A stretch of DNA of 64,000 nucleotides from NCBI GenBank assembly GCA_051294375.1, contig CM119269.1, positions 13,486,790 to 13,550,789 of the forward strand. Direction: 5' to 3'. How positions within the stretch are numbered: the stretch's first letter is position 1; every line of letters begins with the position of its first letter. Below the pieces are notes generated by a model. It did not search any database. It was not told the DNA's origin and saw only the letters and a program-made list of their open reading frames with translations. A program made the position numbers and the translations under genes. This document shows positions 1 to 37,474 of this stretch, one piece after another. The stretch is from Paraspadella gotoi. Its lineage: Eukaryota > Animalia > Chaetognatha.

Positions 1-2138
1 CGTCGACGAAGAGTTGGGCGACGTCGACCGAAGGTGACGCGACCTCTTTGAGCGTCAAATCTCGGAGTCGCGGAGAGGCGGTGCGGAGGAGAGAGAGATG
101 GTGGGCGGATTCGCCGACCTGGAGGGCGAAATGAAATAGAGACGGAGCAACGTCAGAGGTTGTTTGATTGTTTGTATGTATGTTTGTTTGTTAACTGTGT
201 TTGTTTGTTAGATTCGTATGTTTGTTTGTTAAGTATATTTAGTCCGTTTCTTTCGACAGTTCATGTTGTCTGTTTTCTAATTTTTCTGATTTTGGTCAAT
301 TAGTTTTGTCTGTTTGTTTGGTTTGTTTCGTGGGTTTGTTTTGTTGAGTTTGTTTTGACTCTTACTTTGTTTTTATGTCAGTTCGTTTAATATTGTTTTG
401 TTTATATTAATTCTTCAGGGGTTGCATTGTTTATTTTTAAAAACAGTACAGACTAAGTATTTCCTTTTCCTAAACCTTGAGTCACCTTAACTCGCAGAAT
501 CTTCAAATTGGGAAAATCGCTGATAAACCGGAAGTCGTTTACGTCAGCGTCCAGATGCAGACGTTCGATCCGACTCTTCATCGAACAGACGACGCCTGGT
601 AAAGGAAATCCGGACTGAATCAGGCTCCAGTCAATAGAGAATATTTTGATTATTTATGTACTTACCCTGACAAGAGCAGGCGTCTCTTGAAACGAAGTAA
701 TTCGCGAATCGAGTTTCAGAAATTCCTATTTTCTTCAAACCTGAGAAACTGTAAAAGAGTTAGAATCAATCAAATCAATAATCAAATATACAATCAATAA
801 ATGAAATCAATCAACTCAAACATACAACTCAATCCAAAAAAATCAAATAATTTCGGTCAATTTAATATTATAGATGAAACAAACCAATGAATCAATTTGA
901 TAATAAAAATCAATCAAATCAAATTATTAGAATCAGAGAATGAATCAATTAATAACCAATCAGTCAATCAACACTCACCCGTGCAACGACTCCCTCAAAG
1001 ATCGAAAATGCGTCTCGTCATCCACACCTCCGCTCTCCACCTCATCCGTCCCTTTGATCGCCCACTCCCCCACCTCCACCTCCACCACGCCTTCACCCGC
1101 GACGTCGACGAGCCACTCGAAGTCCTCAAGGACGACTCGACGCTGCGACGCTGCGGCGGAGGCGAAGCGGAGGCGTCGGAGGCCGCCGCCGACGCTGCTG
1201 AGGAAGGAGGGGCTGCGGGGTGGAGGGGGAGGATGGAGTGATAGGGGGATGGAAGGGGAGTAAGAATTAGGGTGTTGAAGAGGATGTTAGTTGGCGGTCA
1301 TTGAAGGTGGGTGATTGAAGGTGAGAATAATAATATGAATTATATAAATATCACTTCATTGATAATTTCCTAAAAAGATTGCCAATAATATGGCAATGTT
1401 TTGCTAAGGTATTTTTAGAGTATTATTGTAGAGAGACCTTATTTTACCATTGCTTGTTCAAACTCCATTGCCAGAGACCAAGTAGCTTATTTATTGGTTC
1501 TTTCGTGGCAACAGTCTTTAGATAACGGCGTCTGATTGGTTCTCCTCCCGGTCTTTACCTGAAAACGAAGTGTTTCCTCCAACCGAAACTGAGATCCACG
1601 TTTTCCCAGAGTCGCTCTGATCGACTCACCAGGCGCCATCGCCTGTTAGGGAATTGTTTTAAAAAGGTTCTAGTTTTGTATATTTTTGCCGTTGTTTGTT
1701 TCAATAATTATGCCACTATTGGCCAAATCATTTATTGCTGTTTATTTAATGATCTAATTAGTCCTATTTTCTTTTTTTTTTCTCAAATCCACAAAATTAA
1801 GATTCCGACTTTCCTTTCCTTTCCTTTTCTTTTCTTTTCTTTTCTTTTCTTTCATAAAGATTCAGACTTTTCTTTTCTTTTCTTTTCTTTTCTTTTCTTT
1901 TCTTTTCTTTTCTTTTCTTTTCTTTTCTTTTCTTTTCTTTTCTTTTTTTCTCTACTTTACTTTTTCTTGGTTTCCTTCCTTTTTGCGTCTTTTGAATTCG
2001 TATTTTTCTTCTCTTTTATATATCCATCCTTTTTCCATCTGTTCAATTGCGCCGTTTAATCTTTTATTCTTTTCTCATAAGATTTTTAATTTTTCTTTTT
2101 AACTTTTCAATTGCGTCTTTCGAAATCAAATTTCGCGA

Positions 2139-2210
<72 letters not shown>

Positions 2211-2297
2211 AATGATGATTTCTCTTCAAAATTTCCGGAATTGAATTTCATCTCATTTTATCTCCTTTGATTCTTTTTCTCTCTCTCTATATCTTTT

Positions 2298-2368
<71 letters not shown>

Positions 2369-2369
2369 C

Positions 2370-2405
<36 letters not shown>

Positions 2406-2789
2406 TATTTATTTCTTTATTTATTTCTTTCTCTCTTTTTTTTTCTCTCTCTCTCTTTCTAATTCTTTCTCCTTCTCTTTTTCTATCTCATCGTTGGATT
2501 TGTTTTGGTCTTTAAGTTTAAGTTAATTTAAGTTAGTTTGTTAAATTGAGGTCGTTTTTATTGGTTTGTCCTCTTGGATATAGTTTGTTTGTCTGGTTGT
2601 TTCGGTTGTTTCGAGTTGTTTTGATTGATTGATTGGTTTTACCTGCAAACTGAAGCAGCGACGCAAATTTCACGCGGAGCGAGAAAAGAGAAGATTTTTT
2701 CTAAAATTTCATTGGGGACGATGGAGACGATTCCTTTATAGTCGTCGTCGTCGTCATCGTCGTCGTCGTCGTCGACGTCATAGTCGTCG

Positions 2790-2821
<32 letters not shown>

Positions 2822-3076
2822 AACTTCACCAAACACTCGATCATTTATGTCGCTATAATTCACGTTGGAACGAGTAAATTGACTACCCGGTTGTTTTTTG
2901 TATTCATTGTCATCGTTTTCGTCGTCGGTTTCTTCGTCGTCTTCATCATCGTCGTCGGTATAGAGGCTATCGTCGGTATCGTCGTCGGTGCTGTCATCGT
3001 CGTCATCGTCGTCGTCATCGTCGTTTAAATCCTTTGTCTTTAATCTTGAGGGAATAAGATGAAGGGAAGAAGCCAT
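1..3076 (-). CDS. F-box/leucine-rich-repeat-type protein with N-terminal acidic tract (3' end outside window)
   Basis: Phase-consistent GT-AG exons 3076-2643, 1642-1559, 1212-979, 748-666, 595-486, 118-<1. Spliced product contains the F-box IVPNEILEKIFSFLAPREICVAASVCR|RWRLVSRSERLWENVDLSFGW, then LRR-like segments (IERLHLD, FPNLKILRV, SPRLRDLTL). Subfamily not assignable. Confidence 0.8.
2139..2219. repeat. (GAT)n microsatellite, representative of abundant (GA)n, (GAC)n, (TTTC)n and (TTA)n tracts in the window
   Basis: Direct inspection. Confidence 0.95.
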
Positions 3077-3863
3077 TGAAACTTTTTTTGGGGAGGTTCA
3101 AATCGTGAAATCACATAAAATCACCGCAGCGTCTTGACCGTCACGAAGTCACAAGAATTAATCACGGTTCATGAGAGAAGTAGGAACTGGCTAACTGTCA
3201 ATCGCAATGTTTGAGAATCTAGTAGCTTTTAAATATTAACAATTGAATATGAAAAATTACAAGATTGCTTGTTTTAGTAAATTAGGCTTTAAAGTTTTAT
3301 ATATTAACATTTTAAAATAAATGTAAGAATTTAATAAAAATGTATAACGAATACATAGTTACAGTTTTAAAACCAGTTGAAAAAAGAGATAATCATTGTT
3401 AATTTTACATAAACCTTTTTCAAATGCAATCGCAAGTAAAAAATAATAGTCGACCATCAATAAAAATAGTACTTCGTTAATTTTATTAAAAATAACGAAG
3501 CATTCACTTACTTAGGTTTATTTGTAAACATTTTTTTTAATTTTCCAAACAATCTAGATTTACAAAGGAAAAACGCACTATTGATTATTTAATTCTTGGT
3601 TTACAATTGTACAAAAAAGCAGAAAGCCGGCTTTTAACTGAATCAAAACCATTAAATGAATAACTTATCAGCGGAAAATAATTAAAGGCCAAAAAGATAA
3701 ATACTATTGACGATTGAAAGGAAAACGGGATCCTTGAAAATCCGAACTTTCGTTACGAAACAACAGAAAAAGTTTGAGTTATGAGGATGAAAAAAAAAGC
3801 TTCACACAAAAAAGTTCGACGATCGGAGAAGCAGACGGTTGCGTTTGTGGTCTTGGCGTTATG

Positions 3864-3913
<50 letters not shown>

Positions 3914-4411
3914 GAGAGAGCAAGCGCTCATGAAAAGACTATGTGAACGGTGATTGAATGAATGAATGATTTTTTTTGCCTTCATGGCGCAAAACTGAGA
4001 AGATAAAATGTTGATAGGCGATTTTAAAGTATCTTTTAAGTTTGTCGTTCCTCATTGTCTTTTGGTTTTGGCCAAAACCTACCTTTAATATGTTCGGTAT
4101 TTAAGGTTCAACCTCTTGACAATAAAACTCCGTACCTGGCAGTTATGAACAAACTTTGAACAAAGTTGATAAAGAACAACTGATTGCAAAGACTTTATCA
4201 GTTAAATCAATGTGGACTCAGTGAGTCATTTACTTCCTCGACTCTCGTTCACAAATTTCAAATTAGAATTATTTGGAAAGCTTAAAAAAAGAACAAAAAT
4301 ATTAATACGACAAAATATTTTAAAAGATTTAAATGAAATTTGTTTATGTAAAATGACCTTCAGATTCTGATCATTAATCGTTTCCACGAACTCTTGTTTT
4401 GGCTTTTTGTT

Positions 4412-4448
<37 letters not shown>

Positions 4449-4673
4449 TCATTCTCTCTCTCTCGACCGTTTTACAGTCAATGACGAGTTCGCTCGTTCA
4501 AATGTGTCTTTTTAAGCGACAGCTGCCATAATTTACGTTTATAAACATTTTTTTCCGCGTCTATGCTTCATTTTTCAAGATTCGATTTCGTTAGCCTTTG
4601 TAATAAGTAAGAGCAAATAACAAATCTCCGCCTCCAATATAAACTGAGGCAATGAACCCAACCTTTCCTCCAG

Positions 4674-7600
4674 ATGTCGTCCGCGCCTCGCAACACTGTC
4701 TGCCTGATTGGCGCCGGTCCAGGCGGATGCAGCGTCCTCCATCGCCTGGAAACTCTCAGGGAAGATGGCGTCGCGGTCCCCAACGTCGTCTGCTTTGAAA
4801 AGCAAAGCGATTGGGGCGGAATGTGGAATCTGACTTGGAGGACGGGCGTGGATGAGTTCGGAGAGCCAATGCATTGCGGGATGTACAAGGTTAACGCATG
4901 CAAATCATTATTCTACTGGGACAAGTGAAGAATACTAATACAAGTTTTTAATACTGATACTAAAGATTGTCAATAAAATAGCTATATAGCTATAAAATAT
5001 GCTATGTCATTATCTTGTAAGAGTGATGGAGGCCTTAAACCACCAAAGCCTGTCCAAAGTCAGGGGCAAGATAGCTTGTTTATTAAATGAATGGATAATT
5101 TTTATATTGGTTGTCTGGTGGTCCTATCACCACAGATGGATTAAAGCTGTATCTTTCGCAGTGCCTCAGTGGCTCAGTGGACTAATGCACCATCCCAATG
5201 TGCGTCCCTGGTTCGAGCCCTGAGGTTGTCATGTAGAAAGTGGGTTGGACCGGGTAACCCGCCTGTAGGCATGTGCCTACTACCAGATCCAAAGCTCTGG
5301 ACTACATGAACATGCTGTCTCGCTGTCGCCACGAGGTGACACCGCTGCGGGTGTGGCGCCCTGTAAAACCAGCCTCTTCAGTTGCACCAATTTCATAATT
5401 TACTCCCAGGGTCTTTGGACCAACATCCCCAAAGAGGCAAATGAATACAGCGACTACACTTATGAAGAACATTTTGGTCAAGCGATTCCGAGCTTCGTCC
5501 CTCGGGAAGTGATGCTTGACTACATGAAGGGAAGATGGAAGAAAAAAGATTTTCGCCGCTGGATCAAGTTTTCTCATCTCGTTCGAAGTCTTGTTTACGA
5601 TGATGATAAAAAGATCTTCGTCGTTGTTGTCAAGGTCTGGCTGGAGTTTTTAAATCTTTCAAACTTAATAATTAATAAAGAATAAATGGCTATTTAAAAG
5701 TTTTTATTTGATTTTGTAATACTTATTGAATTTCTCTTATGAACAAGAATTTCGAGTCTTTCTCTCTTCCCTGATAAAATAAATAATAGAGACAAATATG
5801 TAAGAAAATAAGAACAATTTTTAATTGTTTACATATTAATTTTGTTAACTGTTTTTTTTTCTTTTTCTATTTTTTTCTATCTTATTATGTTTTTGTTTGT
5901 TAAGACTTAGTCTATGATTGTTTGTTGATTATGATTGTACTGAACCAACCTTGTTATATTCGAATAAAATCGCATTATTATTTTTATTGCAGGACTTAGT
6001 CAAAGACCGTCTCTTGCCCACTCAACATTTTACTCATGTTGTGGTAGCATCTGGACATTTCTCCTTTCCTAACGCACCATCATTGCCTGGTATTGAAACC
6101 TTTCCCGGTCGAGTCATTCACTCCCATGATTTCCGGGACTCACAACCTCACAATGGGAAGAGAATCTTGCTAGTTGGAGCGGGTCTATCTGGGGAGGACA
6201 TTGCGATCCAGGTAGGGATTAGATAAGCAAAATAAAGTGACATTGAGCAAATTATAAGAAATTAAGAGTGATTGAGGTAAATATGGTGCACATTAAGGCG
6301 TAGTGAAAGTTACATACGAAAATTCTAAAAGTCAATTATGAACAACATACTATCAGTGAATATTAATTTGTAAAAAAAATTAATTTTATGCTTTTTAATT
6401 TTCGCAGTAGGCTATATTTATATATAGTACTATCCTTATAAAATTGAAAAATTTCAAAATAGGCTTTTCTTAATTTTGATTGCAGATTTGAATTCCTCGT
6501 CAAAAGTTGATAAAAGAAAATATAAATCATTTTTAAAAATTCTTTCATTAAGTGGGTTAAAAATTAAAAAAACTATATTTAATATATAAAAAGTTAATTT
6601 TCAGCTTAAAATATAGCTTTTTCTAATTTTTGACCCACTTAATGAAGGAATTTTTCAAAAAGAGTTATAATTCTTTTTATCAACTTTTTATGACGAACCC
6701 AAATCTGCAAAAAAATCTTAGAAAAAACTGTTTTGAAATTTTAACATTTATTGGTTTAGTACTAGTATAAATATGGCCTACTGCGTAAATTGTAAAATTT
6801 ATTATAATTTTTTTTATTATATAAATGTTCATTAGTATAATGTTGTTCGTTCCTTATTTTTAGAATTTTAATTAAAGTTAAATTTAGAAATTTTACTACG
6901 CCTTAGTGCACATCTGTATTAAAGAAAATTTATTTAGTCTCTGAAATATGGAGCTTCCCGACTGATTATCGCTCACCGAACGAAACCTTTGGACTTTGCT
7001 TGGCCCCCAGAAATTGTGGAACGCCCATTGGTAACTTCCATCAAAGGAAATGAAATTACTTTTGCTGATGGAAACATCGAGACTGTCGACGACATTGTCC
7101 TTTGCACCGGTTATATTCATCACTACCCTTTTTTGGAGGATCGCTTGAAATACAAGATTTTTACAAGGAACTGGCCAGAAAATCTCTATGCAGGTTTGAA
7201 GAATTTTATTTTTGTGATTTTTGAGTATATTTTTTGGAATGTTTCCGGTTTACTCATACTGTTTTAATAATTTTTGTATGTCATAAATAGGCACAACTTT
7301 AATATTTAACCCTTGCCTATTTTATGTTGGAGCTCAGAATTCCTTCTATCGTCTGCCTTTGCTTGAGCTACAGGTTATTAATAAATTTAACGTCAATATT
7401 AACTAGTCTTTCTATAAAAAAATGCATAAAATAAATTTTATAGGCTATTTGGGTTGTAGACGTCTTGGTCGGTCGTCGAATCCTTCCATCTAAGGAAAAG
7501 ATGGTTGAAGAGGAAGTCCAGCTGCGTGTTAAAGAGTCCAACTCAACAAGGGAAAATGATTTCAAATCTTTAATAGAATTCCAAACAGAATATATAAAGT

Positions 7601-7938
7601 AAGTTAAATAAATCATACTCGTCAACCAAACTTGTCATACTAAAACCATACTTACCATCAGGCAAATTTAGGCGTCAATGGTAATCTAAATTTGCCTTTT
7701 AATAAACAACCACATGTTTTTTTCTATCTTCAGATATTTATCTCAAGCCAATGGATCCAGCTTGGATTTCGATTTGACTGAGATGGCGCTAAAGTGGCGG
7801 AAGGAAAAAAAAGGTGACCCATTGACGTTTAGAGATCAGAGGTTTATCTCGCTCATCACTGGGGTCGAGGCTGCGACACCAAAAAGGCCCTTTATGGAAA
7901 CCTTTGAAGAAACTGTTGAAGAATTTCTTGGCTTGTAA
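4674..7938 (+). CDS. Flavin-containing monooxygenase, trimethylamine monooxygenase (Tmm/mFMO)-like, 7 exons, ~452 aa
   Basis: Exons 4674-4889, 5410-5634, 5993-6211, 6938-7193, 7291-7373, 7444-7598, 7734-7938; all GT-AG, 1359 nt in frame. Motifs: FAD-binding GAGPGG, FEKQSDWGGMW, FMO fingerprint FPGRVIHSHDF, NADPH-binding GAGLSG, LCTGY. Colinear with bacterial mFMO as I recall it (TWRTG, EHFG, KYGA, TFRD blocks). Confidence 0.93.
5114..5384 (+). mobile_element. tRNA-derived SINE-like insertion in FMO intron 1
   Basis: tRNA-like head ~5163-5226 with paired GCCTCAG/CTGAGGT stem, A-box GTGGCTCAGTGG and B-box GGTTCGAGCCC. It interrupts a copy of the 325-bp repeat at ttggttg|...|caccaatttcata. Confidence 0.65.
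5808..5984 (+). mobile_element. 3' UTR fragment of the LINE family seen at 14380-15075
   Basis: Shares ataagaacaatttttaattgttt, gacttagtct, gattgtactgaa and tattcgaataaaatcgcattattatt with 14901-15075. Confidence 0.8.
6297..6902. mobile_element. Foldback/MITE-like palindromic element in FMO intron 3
   Basis: Ends TTAA|GGCGTAGT...ACTACGCC|TTAG. The two halves are imperfect reverse complements along ~290 bp (gcagtaggc/gcctactgc, tgcagatttg/caaatctgca, ttcattaagtggg/cccacttaatgaa). TTAA target plus GG start suggests Kolobok-like. Confidence 0.8.
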
Positions 7939-8103
7939 AATCTTGTCAATTAAAAACACAAAATCGATTTAACTTTCAAGGTTTATGTAGCCTACGTATG
8001 AACACCATATATGTAGGCTTTAAAAATTTTGACAACTTCTGACCCAGTAAGAAATTATTATCAGCCAGTTGTGCAATGTGCATTTGTTTCTGTTTCATTA
8101 CAT

Positions 8104-8485
8104 AGATAGCTTATTTATTAAATGAATGGATAATTTTTATATTGGTTGTACCAATTTCATAAAATTCAGCTCCTTGTATTTTGATGCTAGTGCGGAGTAC
8201 AATAAGTATTCCCCGATCTAATACTTAAGGGAGTGGTCTTCTCATACAATTGAAACATTCTTTGAAATATTTTCCACTTCATTGATAGGGAAGCCAGGTA
8301 CTCTGGGAGTGAATAAACAAGACTGTGAGAGAGTCTTGATTGAAAGCTTGCAGTGACCTGCTATGTCATTATCTTGTAAGAGTGATGGAGGCCTTAAACC
8401 ACCAAAGCCTGTCCAAAGTCAGGGGCAAGATAGCTTATTTATTAAATGAATGGATAATTTTTATATTGGTTGTATCAATTTCATT
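8104..8485 (+). mobile_element. Copy of ~325-bp dispersed repeat with terminal direct redundancy
   Basis: gatagcttatttattaaatgaatggataatttttatattggttgta at 8105 and 8429. Same family at ~4999-5396, 35550-35982, 36153-36218, 53668-53887, 58005-58220 and 59686-59712 (inverted). Confidence 0.8.
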
Positions 8486-8611
8486 CAATAAATGTTACAA
8501 TCATTAAATTTTAAGTAAAATTTTAGTGAGATATTTTTATTACAAATTTTAATATTTTATAAAGGGAAATGAGTAAATGGGGAAATGAGTAAATGGGGAA
8601 ATGAAGAAGTG

Positions 8612-8686
8612 ATTGAGGCGCCGGCGCCGAAAACGCCCTTCATGGAGACATTTGAAGAGACCGTGAAAGAGTTTTAAGGGAATTGA
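8612..8686 (+). pseudogene. Relic of the C-terminus of an FMO paralogue
   Basis: Translates IEAPAPKTPFMETFEETVKEF*GN* versus VEAATPKRPFMETFEETVEEFLGL* at the end of the intact gene. Many synonymous differences; TAA at the Leu position. Confidence 0.75.
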
Positions 8687-10566
8687 GAGCTGACCCAATG
8701 ACCCATATGCAAAGACTAAACCAGACATTAAAAATGTTCTTTACGGATATTCATGTCATAAATGTTTTTTTCACACCATGTCATATTTTTTCAAAAAATT
8801 TAAATCCTTATTTATCCTTATTTATCCTTATACGTGTCAGAAAGTTTCAAAACGCTGTACTTTTGTTTTAAACTTTCCTTTTTTTTCTACGACATCTAGG
8901 ATTTTTAAGGAAAAACCGTTTACTTCTAAAAAAACAAAATACTACGGGCGCCTCGGAAAGGCGATTTTCTTAATGTATTCAAATATATACATGCCTATTA
9001 GTCATTTACAAATTTATAAGTAATTTTTCTATTTTTGATATTTATTAATATAAATATTTTTTTATTAAAACATGTATTATTATTCTCTTTTCTTCTTTTC
9101 GATCTTTTTTTTTTCTTATTTTCTGTATTTTTTTCGGTGTCTTTGCCTCTCTTTCTTTTTCTTTTTTTCTATTTTTCTTATTTTATGTTTATTTCTTTTT
9201 TGATCATTTAGCTGTCATTTACTCTGCATTCCCATTTTCAAATTCTCTAACATTAACTCATTTTCATATTTACTTTACTAATTTTCTTTTATTTTCCTTT
9301 TTCTCTTTCCCTCTCTTTTCTTCTTTCCTTTCCTCGCTCTTCCTCCAACGCCCGCCTCCCCAAGGGTCTTGCTTCCCGTTGCGATTTGACCAAAGATCGT
9401 TGCCAATATTGTTGTCAGCGGGGAGCCTTTGCCATCGTTGCAATGATTGCCATCAGCGCCTCTGCCATCATTAACGAGTCTCGCGCCAGAATTTGCCTAA
9501 CTTTTCGGAATTTAATCTTATCTGAGCGGGAAGGTCGCGAGTTCAACGTTAATCTGATGGAGTTTTAGGAGATATTTTTTATATTCAAACTTTTAAATAT
9601 TGTCAGGTTTTTTTTTTAAATAAGACAACTTTTCGATGGCCGTAGTTTTTATTTCGTTTTCGTATTTACAACACAAATTCTGTCCTTCATTATCCATTTA
9701 ATAAGGAGAGAGAGAGAAAGAAATATGACATGAAATTTCAATTCGCGTTAAAAAAAAAGCGGGAGAAAATAAAATGGCGAAAATTAAATCATCAATTAAA
9801 TAATTAATTCATGAAACGAAAAACATAAGAGAATTTCCAATTGGAAGTTAGAAAGAGAAGAAAACAATTGAGAAATGAAAAATAGATCCGCTTAAGGTCG
9901 TTTAAAAATCGAATTCGGTCACATGAATGATCCTTTGAAAACTATAATTATAAACTAAAATAAAATAATACTTTTGAAATCCCAATGAGAACGCTAACGG
10001 TTGGCGGGAGTTCATATCAAATAAGATCAATTTTATTAAACTGTGTTTCATCTAAAATTATAGCGACTTTTACATGAGAAAAAAAAGGCATACATTAGTT
10101 ATTTATTGTTTAATCTAATCACCCTTCCTAAAATAACTTAACAGGTTGCCATAGTTTCGGTCGAACCCGCACTGTAAACACGCTGCCTTTTTTACAAATG
10201 ATTCAACGGCGGGTGTAGGTAGTTTCAGAATAATTAAACCGTCTACCACTTATCAGTTTTCGTATTTTAAAAATAAATTGTCAAAAAATACGTCAAAGCA
10301 ACAAAATTCATTAAAAAATAAATAACGAGCGATAAAAAAGAATAAAATACCAACATAAAAAATTGTCCATCGTTAATGAAATGCATTTAAATATTTATTT
10401 ATTGGTATTTCAGGGTACATAACATAAGTTATCGGACTAGTAGTCACTTGTATTTTCAACATGACGAGCGCGATATTAAAAAAAATCGTGACTCAATGTT
10501 AATCTTTTTCTGAGTTAGAAATAAAATCGGGAGAGAGAGAGAGGATTGGACTTGTAGGAGGGAGTG

Positions 10567-10620
<54 letters not shown>

Positions 10621-10636
10621 AAGAGAGAAGAAGAGA

Positions 10637-10668
<32 letters not shown>

Positions 10669-11028
10669 GAAAAAAATTTAAACTTTTTAAAGTTTATATA
10701 GAAACTGGAATCTTCTTTAAAATCGTTATTTCAACCGTTGATATCTCTCGCGCTTTGGACGCTTCTCAGTTCACGGATTCACGGTTCCACAAAGTCAGAT
10801 CCCAAACTCCTCATTTCACTCATCCGCCTTCACCCCTTTTTTTCCTTTACCACCCCTTATCTTTCACTCTTTATCCCATACTCATCGCGCTACTACTTTC
10901 CCCTTTCCACTCCTTCACCATTCACTTTTCACCCTTCACCCCCTGACACCCCCTTGACACCCCAACTTTTCTCCCTTTACCCCTCAGCCCCTTCACCCCC
11001 TCTTCAAAATCACACCGCTCCATCGTCC

Positions 11029-36515
<25,487 letters not shown>

Positions 36516-37281
36516 CTGAAAAGAAAAGGTGAGGTTAAGAAAAGGTGAGGAAAGAAAATAAAAGTCAATGGCAGAGACGACGGCAGCAGCGGCAGCGGCA
36601 GCAGTATCGATAGAATCAACAGTGAAATACCGCCGACTGCAGATCCAGCCACAGCAACAACAAAATCAAATATTGCAGCATCAGTCGTAACAACATGAAC
36701 TGCAGCATTTCTAAACAGTTTGATCCAGTCACTTCTCCATGTCACCCCAGTCAACTACTCAATGACGAAAACGATCATTGCAAAATTTGGATGTAGTACA
36801 TAATACTAAATACTAAATACTATATTACATCGACGAAGTTAAACTTTAAATGCGTGGAATGACTGGAATGAATAATTATGTATAAAATGAATAAATGAAT
36901 AGAATTGAATGAAATGAATGAGAATTAATAAGTTTCAAAGAAATGTCTACCGTCTAGTTTTTAAGTACAGTTCGTTCTTCTTTTTTTAAAAACCTCGCCA
37001 TCCCCCCCCCTCCCCCCTTCTCCCACCCCCCCCCCCCTTTCCCCTCTCCACTTCCAAGCCATTTTCCCGCCAAACGCCATTCGTTCAACCGCCAGTGGCT
37101 GCCAGAGTCGGCGACGCCCAGACGCGTCGCGCGCACGCATTTTTCGCACGCAAAGTTCACCTCTTGCGCGCGCGCGCCGGCGTGCGCGGCTGCGAGAGCT
37201 GAAGGCGTGTTTCGCGCATTGTCCGAGTGACAACCGCACAAATTGAAATTCATGAGGCGCAGAAGCAGAAGAGAGAGAGAG

Positions 37282-37318
<37 letters not shown>

Positions 37319-37443
37319 AGAGAGAGAGGAGAGAGAGAGAGAGAGAGAGGAGAGAGGGAGAAAAGAGAGAGAGAATGTGTGTGTTTGAGAGACAGAGAAA
37401 GAGGGAAAGAGAGAGGGAGAGAAAGAAAGATTGAGAGACAGAG

Positions 37444-37474
<31 letters not shown>

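Noticed and set aside
5163-5226. tRNA gene
   Set aside because: A/B boxes and acceptor stem are present, but the anticodon arm is degenerate and it lies within an insertion; treated as a SINE head.
4674-7938. Bacterial contamination as source of the FMO
   Set aside because: Six canonical introns containing host repeat families, contiguous with animal genes.
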